The translations under genes and the position numbers were made by a program. A DNA stretch of 64,000 bases, from the NCBI GenBank assembly GCA_947581835.1, contig CANPVV010000001.1, forward strand, positions 9,685-73,684. The letters run 5' to 3'. Shown here in pieces: positions 19,134 to 27,505 of the stretch (position 1 is the first letter of the stretch; each line of letters opens with the position of its first letter). The stretch is from an uncultured Bacilli bacterium. GTDB lineage: Bacteria; Bacillota_I; Bacilli_A; RF39; UBA660. Under the pieces are notes generated by a model that was not told the DNA's origin, ran no database searches, and saw only the letters and a program-made list of their open reading frames with translations.

Positions 19134-21008
19134 TTAATTTATATCAACTATATATGGATAATATATTGTGCCAAATCCTCCGGCTTTAAACTTTGTATCA
19201 GCCTTTAAATTTATAACTGGTCGAATACCACGACTTACATCTACATTACTAGTTGTAATAAGACCAGATGCATCTATAACAACCATGTACCCACTACTGC
19301 CACCAGCAAACAAACATGGAGACATTGTCCAATAAGCTTGTCCATTATATAACCAATATTTATGATTATATCGTCCTGCATATCCACCAGCAAATACTAC
19401 TTCATCAGCAGTTATAAGGCCAACTGGTTTATCTAAATTTCCAATATCTACTGAATATTTATCTGAAACATAACATTTAAATGATGGCTTTTGAACGCTT
19501 GTTCCCAATGTTGAACCTTGCCCAAGCGTTCTTGTATATGCTCCGTAATATGTTGTATTTGTTCCTATTCCACTTCCATCACCTACCTCAGTTCCTGGAA
19601 TTTCTCCTTTTTTATCTACATAATGTGTTCTATCATTGCAAAATGTTGCACTAGTGCTTATATATTTACCATAATCTTTTTCTAAGTTCTCAATATACCA
19701 TTGCTCTAATTGCTGCATTGCATTACTTTTAATTGCTGTTTTATAATTACCAGGTCTTACTTTTCCATCTTCCCATGAAAACCCAAAATATTTATTATCT
19801 CTTTTCTCTGATGAAGCTAATTTGTACCATTGTTGATTCATCATTGCAATACTATCTGTTGTAATTTCTCCATTTTCATGAATAGTTGTTCCATCATAAA
19901 TTAATCTAATTGTTCCATCACCATTTATTCGGATTATCCGCCAATACATTTCTTTTCCATCTTTATTTGTTCCAAATTGAACATAATTATTATTGACTGT
20001 TCCTCTAAAATAATATGTTGGTCCATCATCGTCTGTTCCTTTATACAAATCATTTTGTTTTAATGTACATCCACTATCACATGATGATCCTATAAAGCCC
20101 TCAGTTAATTCTTTTACATTATCCGCTAATATAATATCATCTAAAGAATTAGATTTATTAAAATATAAATAACAACTTGTTCCACTTTGTTTAAAATTTA
20201 GTATTAGTGGAGCCCAATTTTTACTATCCCATTGTACACTCGCTCCATTATTACATTTGCTTGTTTTTAATGTTAAACCACTTTCTCTTTGAGGTATTTC
20301 ACTAGTTTGGGTATATTTTCCATCTTCATTTTCTACATATACTGCCATGATATTTATATCAGCATTTGTCTCACTTTTCTCTACTGTTACCTCTCCACTA
20401 AATTCTTCTCCTATATCTTGGTTTTGATTTTCTTCTATATCTTCATTGTTTGGATATTCTATTACTACATAATAATATACTTCTTTCCCTTCTTCTGTTG
20501 AAGTTATATATTCATCTTCTGCTAATATTACTTTTGTGTTTTCTTCACTTCTTCCTATTGTTCCTGTATATATTTCTTCTCCTAATTCTTGTAAATTATT
20601 TATATTACATACCTCATGCAATAATTGTTTTCCATCTACTATTTCTTTTCTCTTTTCACAACTTGCTGTAACTTCTATTTTTTTATCACTTCTATATACT
20701 TTATAATTCAAACTTGTGTATAAACTATTTATTCCTTTCCATATTAAATTATATGGAATAAGCTCATTATTACCTGTTGCTGTTACTTTAATACTTGATA
20801 CTTTAGTATGTCCGGGATATATAAATCCATCATTAAAAAATAATTCCCCTTCTACTTCCATTTTAGTTCCATTTAAAGTTGCTGTCTTAACTGTTAAACT
20901 TGCACCACTACCAGAAGTTAGACTTCTACCTACAAAGTATGCAAAAGAAATGCTTACTCCAATTAATAATCCAAACACTACTAACAATACTTTTTTATTC
21001 TTCTTCAT
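19134..21008 (-). CDS. Secreted or anchored protein with a C-terminal DUF6273-like domain (paralogue C, about 624 aa)
   Basis: The preferred start is ATG 21008 (MKKNKKVLLVV), preceded by an AGAGGT RBS. The ORF-track start at 21056 falls on the -35 element. The N-terminal signal/anchor ends in SFAYF, reminiscent of SipW/TasA-type signal peptides. The C-terminal half shares YYFRG, WRIIRINGDGTIRLIY, FCNDRT, GLITADEV.FAGG, YWTMSP and G.RPVINLKAD with the ORFs at 41822 and 45460. Confidence 0.8.
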   Translation of the reverse strand: MKKNKKVLLVVFGLLIGVSISFAYFVGRSLTSGSGASLTVKTATLNGTKMEVEGELFFNDGFIYPGHTKVSSIKVTATGNNELIPYNLIWKGINSLYTSLNYKVYRSDKKIEVTASCEKRKEIVDGKQLLHEVCNINNLQELGEEIYTGTIGRSEENTKVILAEDEYITSTEEGKEVYYYVVIEYPNNEDIEENQNQDIGEEFSGEVTVEKSETNADINIMAVYVENEDGKYTQTSEIPQRESGLTLKTSKCNNGASVQWDSKNWAPLILNFKQSGTSCYLYFNKSNSLDDIILADNVKELTEGFIGSSCDSGCTLKQNDLYKGTDDDGPTYYFRGTVNNNYVQFGTNKDGKEMYWRIIRINGDGTIRLIYDGTTIHENGEITTDSIAMMNQQWYKLASSEKRDNKYFGFSWEDGKVRPGNYKTAIKSNAMQQLEQWYIENLEKDYGKYISTSATFCNDRTHYVDKKGEIPGTEVGDGSGIGTNTTYYGAYTRTLGQGSTLGTSVQKPSFKCYVSDKYSVDIGNLDKPVGLITADEVVFAGGYAGRYNHKYWLYNGQAYWTMSPCLFAGGSSGYMVVIDASGLITTSNVDVSRGIRPVINLKADTKFKAGGFGTIYYPYIVDIN

Positions 21009-21027
21009 ATTAACTACCTCTATGACA

Positions 21028-21056
21028 ATATTATCACATAAAAATATGTTAGTCAA
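21028..21056 (-). promoter_or_regulatory. Sigma-A-type promoter of paralogue C
   Basis: On the minus strand the sequence reads TTGACT (21056-21051), a 17-nt spacer, then TAATAT (21033-21028). Confidence 0.5.
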
Positions 21057-21060
21057 TAGT

Positions 21061-21092
21061 TCACAATGATTTTTTGTGATTTATAAAATCAC
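21061..21092. promoter_or_regulatory. Two overlapping inverted repeats (candidate XRE operators)
   Basis: TCACAA-N7-TTGTGA (21061-21079) and GTGATTT-ATA-AAATCAC (21076-21092) lie in the divergent region between paralogue C and the XRE gene. Confidence 0.45.
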
Positions 21093-21138
21093 ATATTTTT
21101 GTTAGGTGTTAGCTTACAATTATATTAGGTGATGAAAA

Positions 21139-21372
21139 ATGGAACCTTTAGAATTTGATAATGATATATATAATACAATTAGAAAAAACATAAAAAAATA
21201 TCGCAAAGAAAAAGGAATAACGGCAGCCCAATTAGCCGAAATGGTAGACCTATCTCATGATTTTATTAGACAAATTGAAAGTGAAAAAGTTGCTAATACC
21301 TTTTCAGTTGAAACTCTATATCGAATTTCTGTTGCGTTAAATACCAGCCTCGATAAATTAATCCAAAAATAA
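21139..21372 (+). CDS. XRE-family HTH transcriptional regulator (77 aa)
   Basis: IRKNIKKYRKEKGITAAQLAEMVDLSHDFIRQIE is a classic HTH_3/Cro-C1 motif. Confidence 0.85.
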   Translation: MEPLEFDNDIYNTIRKNIKKYRKEKGITAAQLAEMVDLSHDFIRQIESEKVANTFSVETLYRISVALNTSLDKLIQK

Positions 21373-21404
21373 ATGATAAACTCTTATGAGTTTATCACTT
21401 AAGC

Positions 21405-21773
21405 TTATTTTAAAGAATTAATTTCTTTTAAAGATAAGCCAGTACATTCTGATATGATATCAATAGATATTTGTTTATTTAGCATTTGTTTAGCAATTTC
21501 TAAAGCTTTTTCTTGAGATCCTTTATCTTCAGCAATCTTTTCTGCCCATTTCCCAAATATCTCTTGGGTTTCAAGATCATTTACATACATTTCAAGATTT
21601 TTATCTAATTCCATTAATAATTCATCTCCTTTGGCTGCTTCTGTTCGCTCTTCCGCAGTCTTTGCTCCAATGAACTTTAACCATTGAAACTTTTTGTTAC
21701 CTAAATTGTACTTTATGCTTCTAGCTTTGTCAAGTTTAAAGTTTTTGCTTATAAATTTAAAAGCTCTTACCAA
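21405..21773 (-). pseudogene. Tandem duplicate of the C-terminal third of the adjacent Rpn gene (a gene fragment or a stand-alone small ORF)
   Basis: DNA at 21405-21740 is about 90 % identical by eye to 21800-22158. The ORF starts at TTG with no visible RBS. The product matches residues ~166-283 of the full-length protein, lacking an IEQGIEQG insertion and with a diverged last ~25 aa. Confidence 0.55.
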
Positions 21774-21799
21774 TACTTGATAAGAACTTTTATTTTAAC

Positions 21800-22651
21800 C
21801 TATTTTAAAGAATTAATTTCTTTTAAAGATAGACCTGTATATTTGGCTATACTTTTTAAAGGTAATGAATCTTTAAGCATTTGCTTAGCAATTTCTAAAG
21901 CTTTTTCTTGAGATCCTTGCTCTATTCCTTGCTCAATACCTTTATCTTCGGCAATTTTTTCTGCCCATTTTCCAAATATCTCTTGAGTTTCAAGATCATT
22001 TACATACATTTCGAGATTTTTATCTAATTCCATTAATAATTCATCTCCTTTGGCTGCTTCTTTTCTTTCTTCAGCAGTCTTGGCTCCAATGAACTTTAAC
22101 CATTGAAGCTTTTTGTTACCTAAATTGTACTTTATGTGTCTTGCTTTGTCAAGTCTAAAACATTTGATAACAAATTCATCTGATAAAACTGTATCTTCTA
22201 AGTTTTTAGTATTAACTAACTTATAAGCAAATTCTAATTCATCAGGAAAAGAAGAAGAAACATTATCAATGAAGTTTAGTTGAATGACACTTTCACAAAT
22301 ATCATAAGAATTAGAGCCCCGAGAGTTTTGAGTTGAGAAGATACGCATAACATAAGTAGCACTCTTTTTAAAAGAGGCATCATTAAAACGAGAATAACAT
22401 TCAAGATTAATCTTATAATTAGCAAATTCAATAACAACATCACCACGATAAGCTTTATCAAAATATTTAGTTTTATTAAAAATACTTTCATATTTAACAC
22501 TGATATTAACATTAGATAGAAAATCTAGTGAAAAGTCAGTAAAACAAGAAAGAAAATAGACTAAAAATTTACGATTAGAGATATTAGAGAAGGTTTCTTT
22601 AAATAATAAATCATCACTCAAACTAATAAAAATTTTTTCTTTTGTTGGCAT
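21800..22651 (-). CDS. Rpn-family recombination-promoting nuclease / putative transposase (YhgA-like, PD-(D/E)XK)
   Basis: The N-terminal LSDDLLFKETFSN, then RGDVVIEF...INLECYS, and the 283-aa length resemble the PDDEXK_2/Transposase_31 (TIGR01784-type) family. This is from memory. Confidence 0.7.
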   Translation of the reverse strand: MPTKEKIFISLSDDLLFKETFSNISNRKFLVYFLSCFTDFSLDFLSNVNISVKYESIFNKTKYFDKAYRGDVVIEFANYKINLECYSRFNDASFKKSATYVMRIFSTQNSRGSNSYDICESVIQLNFIDNVSSSFPDELEFAYKLVNTKNLEDTVLSDEFVIKCFRLDKARHIKYNLGNKKLQWLKFIGAKTAEERKEAAKGDELLMELDKNLEMYVNDLETQEIFGKWAEKIAEDKGIEQGIEQGSQEKALEIAKQMLKDSLPLKSIAKYTGLSLKEINSLK

Positions 22652-22712
22652 AAAAACTCCTTTCTAATTTCTTTTAAATAAAAGAAATGCCTTTACTATA
22701 ACATAAGTCCAA

Positions 22713-22790
22713 GTCGAAAAATGTCGAACCGTGTCGACGATATTAAAAAAATTTAAAAAAATTTAAAAAAACTTAAAAAAAACTACATTT
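22713..22790. repeat. Tract with 10-bp periodicity: 3 x GTCGA followed by 4-5 phased A6-8 tracts
   Basis: GTCGA occurs at 22713, 22723 and 22733. A-tracts start at about 22745, 22755, 22765 and 22775 (aaaaaaattt aaaaaaattt aaaaaaactt aaaaaaaac). Confidence 0.8.
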
Positions 22791-22914
22791 ATTAAAAAAA
22801 TATCCATAAAAACACCTAAAATACTAAAATCTTATTTTAAGAATGTCCAAACAATATTCTTTTTTTATTATAAATTTTTTTAATATTACCATATTAATAA
22901 TGGTGAACTATTAT

Positions 22915-24180
22915 ATGAACGATTTTAATAAAGAACTATTAGAATTTTTAAAAACTGGTACCTGTGCCTATACCTGTATAAAAAAAATAAAAGAAATATT
23001 ACTTGCTAATAATTATAACGAACTACGCGAAAACACTTCTTGGAACATTACTCCGGGTAAATATTTTGTAATTCGAAATGATGCATCCATCATCGCTTTT
23101 AATATTGACCCAAATTATGAAAACGCTTTTAATATCATCTGTACTCACTCAGATACTCCCACCTTTATAATTAAACCTAATCCTGATTACTATGAAAATG
23201 GCTATTTAAAATTAAGTATTGCTCCTTATGGAGGTATCTTAAACTATGGTTTTATGGACCGTCCCCTAAGTATTGCTGGTCGATTAATTATTAAAAATAA
23301 AAACCATTTAGAAAAGAAAATAATCGACTTAAAAGAAACTGTCGCGGTTATCCCTAGCCTTGCCATCCATCAAAATGACACTGCTAATACCAATCTCGAT
23401 TTAAACGTTCATGATGATTTAATACCCATCATTTCTCTAAACAAAGACTCCAATTTAGAATCTTTAATCAAAGAAAAAATAAATCTAAACCCTCTTGAAG
23501 ATTTTGATTTATTCTTATATAACAACGAAGAAAACTATCTTATCAATAATGAATTTATTTTATCTCCAAGAATTGATAACCTAACCTGTACTTATGCCTC
23601 ACTTAAAGCTTTTCTAAACAATTTCAATTCTAAAATCAATGTTTTTGTAGCTTTTAACAGTGAAGAAATAGGCTCTAACACCTGTGAAGGAGCCGACTCT
23701 GATTTTTTAGTAGACACTCTAAAAAGAATCTGCTGTGACCTAAAACTATCTAGCTATGAAACCTTAGCTAACTCATTTATCATTAGTGCCGATAACACTC
23801 ACGCCAAACACCCCTCTCACAATGAAAAATCTGATTACACCAATACTCCACCTTTAAATGGTGGTCTGTTAATTATAAGAGAAACCAATGGTACTACTAC
23901 TAGTATTACCTCTTCAATATTTCGCTTTATCTGTGAAAAACTAAATCTTAACTGGTCTTATTACACCTCCCGTAATGACTTAAGTACTGGTTCTACTCAA
24001 GCTGGAGCTAGTCTTAAACACTTAAGTATTAACTCTCTTGATATTGGTCTACCTATGTTAGCCATGCACTCAAGTATGGAATTAATTGGTATAAAAGATA
24101 CTTATCTTTTGTATCAAGCCATCCAAGAATTTTATCAAATAAAATTTTCTATTACCGAGAATAAAATAATCTTCAAATAA
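22915..24180 (+). CDS. M18-family aminopeptidase (aspartyl aminopeptidase-like)
   Basis: THSDTP, NSEEIGS and C-terminal MHS..E motifs. The preferred start is ATG 22915 (MNDFNKELLEF). The ORF-track N-terminus is a low-complexity extension. Confidence 0.8.
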   Translation: MNDFNKELLEFLKTGTCAYTCIKKIKEILLANNYNELRENTSWNITPGKYFVIRNDASIIAFNIDPNYENAFNIICTHSDTPTFIIKPNPDYYENGYLKLSIAPYGGILNYGFMDRPLSIAGRLIIKNKNHLEKKIIDLKETVAVIPSLAIHQNDTANTNLDLNVHDDLIPIISLNKDSNLESLIKEKINLNPLEDFDLFLYNNEENYLINNEFILSPRIDNLTCTYASLKAFLNNFNSKINVFVAFNSEEIGSNTCEGADSDFLVDTLKRICCDLKLSSYETLANSFIISADNTHAKHPSHNEKSDYTNTPPLNGGLLIIRETNGTTTSITSSIFRFICEKLNLNWSYYTSRNDLSTGSTQAGASLKHLSINSLDIGLPMLAMHSSMELIGIKDTYLLYQAIQEFYQIKFSITENKIIFK

Positions 24181-24191
24181 TATAATTTAAT

Positions 24192-25223
24192 ATGAATATT
24201 ATAAATTATATTGAAAAACATAAAAATGAAGATTTCAAAACTTTTAAATTTACTGAAGTAGATAATTTAATTCTAGCATTAATACCCTATTTAAATCTTA
24301 CTAATATCATTCCCTCTCATAAAAAGAAAATAACTTTAAATACCATGGTCGAAAAACTAAATTTAAATAAAAAAAATTTAGATTTTTTTATTGGTAACAC
24401 TTATAAAATGGTTAATATTATGAAAAATACTAAAAGATATGGTAATATCTTACTTTATAACTATCACAATATAAAAAGCCCTGAAATGCAATTTGGGGCT
24501 TTAACTATGAAATTAGATGACAAAAGTATTTATATTGCTTTCGCCGGTACTGATACCTCTATAATTGGTTGGAAAGAAAATTTTAAAATGATTTATCACT
24601 ATCCAAATTTAAGTCAAAAATATGCTGGTACTTATCTTAATAAAACTATTCGTTTCTTTAATAAAAATATATATGTTGGAGGTCACTCTAAAGGTGGTAA
24701 CTTAGCTATAACCGCAGCAATGCAAACTAAAAATCTAAATAAACTCAAAATAAAAGCTATTTATAACAATGATGGTCCCGGTCTATTAAAAGAACAAGTA
24801 GAATCTTCTGCTTATAAAAAAATTGAAAATAAAATAAAAATGTTTGTTCCTGAAGAAAGTATAATTGGCATGATTTTATATCACACTAACAATTATACTG
24901 TTGTTAAAGCTAAAAGTTTTAATATTCTTGAACATAATGCTTTTAATTGGCTTTGTACTAATAATGAATTTCTAAAAGCTAAACAAACCAAAAGAAGTAA
25001 ACAATTAGAAAATAAATTAACTAAAAAATTAGAAAAACTCCCAATTCCTAAAAGAGTTAAATTAATAGAAGATTTATTTTCTTTATTTGAAACTAATAAT
25101 ATTAAAGATGTAAGAGAAGTTCACCTAAAAGAAATATTTATTCTTATTAAAAGTTTTCATAAAATTGATAAAGAAACTCAAAACCTTTTATTAGAACTTA
25201 TACTAACTATTTTTATTAAGTAA
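24192..25223 (+). CDS. DUF2974 (Mbeg1-like) alpha/beta-hydrolase-fold protein
   Basis: GGHSKGGNLA nucleophile elbow and the FAGTD...GW.EN pattern. Confidence 0.7.
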   Translation: MNIINYIEKHKNEDFKTFKFTEVDNLILALIPYLNLTNIIPSHKKKITLNTMVEKLNLNKKNLDFFIGNTYKMVNIMKNTKRYGNILLYNYHNIKSPEMQFGALTMKLDDKSIYIAFAGTDTSIIGWKENFKMIYHYPNLSQKYAGTYLNKTIRFFNKNIYVGGHSKGGNLAITAAMQTKNLNKLKIKAIYNNDGPGLLKEQVESSAYKKIENKIKMFVPEESIIGMILYHTNNYTVVKAKSFNILEHNAFNWLCTNNEFLKAKQTKRSKQLENKLTKKLEKLPIPKRVKLIEDLFSLFETNNIKDVREVHLKEIFILIKSFHKIDKETQNLLLELILTIFIK

Positions 25224-25256
25224 AAAAGCCTTTTATTACAATTTTAAAAGGCTTTT
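25224..25256. terminator. Bidirectional terminator between convergent genes
   Basis: AAAAGCCTTTT ... AAAAGGCTTTT forms an 11-bp stem that overlaps the stop of the M23 gene. Confidence 0.6.
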
Positions 25257-26000
25257 CCATGTATATTTCTTAGCTGTAATAATTCCATCTATCAATTTAT
25301 CTGATAACTTAACTACCTCTTTTTGATATTGTTTAACTATTTTCTCCATTTGAGGCCCAAATACTCCATCTATTCCATAACTTCCTAAATCATAACCTAA
25401 TTCTTGGAAATATATTTGTAACACTTTTACTAATCCATTTTTTCTATTTATATTTTTCGATATTGTAATAGTATTATTTAAAGTATCTTCTCCGGCAATT
25501 CCTGAAACTTCCACTCCCACCAGAGCTTGAACACTCTTAACAAATGTTGTATAGAAATCATCTAAAACAGTGCATCCCTTTATATTAAAAGGATCATCAT
25601 TCATTAAATAAGGTAATGGATCTACATAACCATTTTTATATATTGCAAAATGAACATTATAACCTGTCGCATTTCCTGTTTCCCCCATTGTAGCAATTAC
25701 TTCACCCTTTTTAACTTTATCATTTACTTTAACTTTAGTAGTATTATTTGCTAAATGAAAATATCTATGCTCTATCCCATTTGTTTTAATACTTATCCAA
25801 TTACCTCCTCCTCCTTTATCATATCCTACATAATTTACTACTCCATCTTCTATTGCCACTATATCATCTTGTTTTACTGAGCCTACAAAATCCATACCAT
25901 TATGAGTACTTCTATTTTCATTTCTACTTTTATAATCACTAGTTAGATAATGAACTCCCCTCTTTAGAATCTTGTTTTTCACTAAGAGTTTCTTCGCCAT
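25236..26000 (-). CDS. M23 (LytM-type) peptidase with a C-terminal peptidoglycan-binding domain
   Basis: HNGMDF (HxxxD), GNATGYNVHFAI (HxH-type) and a C-terminal LGYDLGSYGIDGVFGPQMEKIVKQYQ (PG_binding_1-like). Strong RBS AAGGAGGA. There is no signal peptide. Confidence 0.8.
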   Translation of the reverse strand: MAKKLLVKNKILKRGVHYLTSDYKSRNENRSTHNGMDFVGSVKQDDIVAIEDGVVNYVGYDKGGGGNWISIKTNGIEHRYFHLANNTTKVKVNDKVKKGEVIATMGETGNATGYNVHFAIYKNGYVDPLPYLMNDDPFNIKGCTVLDDFYTTFVKSVQALVGVEVSGIAGEDTLNNTITISKNINRKNGLVKVLQIYFQELGYDLGSYGIDGVFGPQMEKIVKQYQKEVVKLSDKLIDGIITAKKYTWKSLLKL

Positions 26001-26364
26001 CTTCTTCCTCCTTCAACTCTTTTAAAACACTAAACATTTTATGAGGAAGTGCAATGCCTATTTTCGCCCATGCTTCCATAACATTAATTCCAATACTAGC
26101 AACAAAAAAATAAACTATCATTTGCCGCATCATACTTTCTTTAACTAAAATCTTATCAATTACTTCAGCAAAGACTAATATTAAAAAATATCCTCCAACT
26201 TTAATAAAATACTTTAAATTAATAATTTTACTATTCTTCTTTTGATAAATATTAACACATATATTAGTTAAAAAATCTATTATTAAAACAATTACCAAAA
26301 CAAAAAAGGTTTCATCAAATCCCCCTATAATATAAGATAGAATATTTATAATACCTTTAAGCAT
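25939..26364 (-). CDS. Holin (phage_holin_4_1 / toxin-secretion holin-like)
   Basis: At 141 aa, it has three hydrophobic segments and a charged acidic tail. IIDFLTNI and VASIGINVMEAWAKIG resemble holin family 4. The gene overlaps the M23 gene by 62 nt in another frame. Confidence 0.7.
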   Translation of the reverse strand: MLKGIINILSYIIGGFDETFFVLVIVLIIDFLTNICVNIYQKKNSKIINLKYFIKVGGYFLILVFAEVIDKILVKESMMRQMIVYFFVASIGINVMEAWAKIGIALPHKMFSVLKELKEEEDGEETLSEKQDSKEGSSLSN

Positions 26365-26424
26365 ATCATATCACTTCCTACTTATAATTTATGTTGAAAT
26401 TCTAAGAAACCTCATAATAGAAAC

Positions 26425-27429
26425 CTAAATATATCTTTTCCTAATATATAAAATAATAAATACGCCTCCAAACATTCCCCCTATAACTAAATAATTCTTA
26501 TAATTTTTACTAACATTTATAATTACTTCTCTTTTATCGGGTATAGCATCTTTAATTTCTATATCATCAATTGGCTCTTCTTCAACTATATAATTACTAT
26601 CCATATAATCAATAATTGTCAAATGATCTTTTAAATTATAAAATTCATCTCTAATATAAGGAGCATTTATTGTAATAATTAATATCTCTTCATTTCCAAC
26701 ATTTACTAATGAGGCTAAACAAAGACCCGCATAATCTGTAAAACCTGTTTTACTTCCTAAAATTCTTCCTGCATCTATCTCTAATTTTTGCTCATAACCA
26801 CTTATAGTTGATAAAACTTCTAATCCATTAGTTAAAACATAACTTTTAGTAGTAAAAACCTCTCTAAAAGTTTCATTATCTAAAGCATACTTAAGCAATT
26901 TTAAAACATCGTTGGCCGTACTATACTGTCCTGTAATATCTAAACCTGAAGTATTTTTAAAATAAGAATTATTCATTCCAATTTTTTTCGCCATATTATT
27001 CATTTCTAAAACAAAATTATCAATAGAACCACACAAAGATATAGCTAAACTTTGAGTTGCATCGGCTCCACTTGGAAGCAAAGAAGCATAAAGTAAATCT
27101 AAATAAGTTACCTCATCTCCTTCTTTTAAACCTGCGACTGATGCATTAAAATGTATTCCCTTAAGCATTTCTTTAGTAATAACTACCTTTTCATCTAAAT
27201 TATTTATTTTTTCTATCGCTGTAATAGAAGTAAGTATTTTTGTAAGGGAGGCAATTGGTGTCTTCTCATCAATATTTCTAGCATATAATACCTCATCTTG
27301 TGTTAAATCATAAACTAACGCATACTTAGAATAAAGTTCTGGTAAATCTAATTCTATTGCTTTAACTTTTATAGGTATCAATAATACTAAAAATATCCCT
27401 ATTAATACCATTTTCCTAACACTATTCAC
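26425..27429 (-). CDS. Serine-type D-Ala-D-Ala carboxypeptidase (PBP5/DacB-like) with a C-terminal anchor
   Basis: Signal peptide, SLTK (SxxK), a SGAD motif and KTGFT (KTG). Confidence 0.85.
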   Translation of the reverse strand: MNSVRKMVLIGIFLVLLIPIKVKAIELDLPELYSKYALVYDLTQDEVLYARNIDEKTPIASLTKILTSITAIEKINNLDEKVVITKEMLKGIHFNASVAGLKEGDEVTYLDLLYASLLPSGADATQSLAISLCGSIDNFVLEMNNMAKKIGMNNSYFKNTSGLDITGQYSTANDVLKLLKYALDNETFREVFTTKSYVLTNGLEVLSTISGYEQKLEIDAGRILGSKTGFTDYAGLCLASLVNVGNEEILIITINAPYIRDEFYNLKDHLTIIDYMDSNYIVEEEPIDDIEIKDAIPDKREVIINVSKNYKNYLVIGGMFGGVFIILYIRKRYI

Positions 27430-27505
27430 TACTAATCACCTATTTGAATAATTATATCATAAAAATTTATTAAAAAAAACTATAATATTTTTCTTAATTA
27501 TAGTT

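Noticed and set aside
21405-22651. Annotating the Rpn genes as an insertion sequence.
   Set aside because: I found no terminal inverted repeats or target duplications around 21380-22700. 'Transposase_31' family members are not known to be autonomous IS elements.
25236-26364. A prophage lysis cassette, which would imply a prophage here.
   Set aside because: There are no structural, integrase, repressor or terminase genes within 10 kb on either side, and the flanking genes are housekeeping. I kept this as a finding about a stand-alone holin/hydrolase pair instead.
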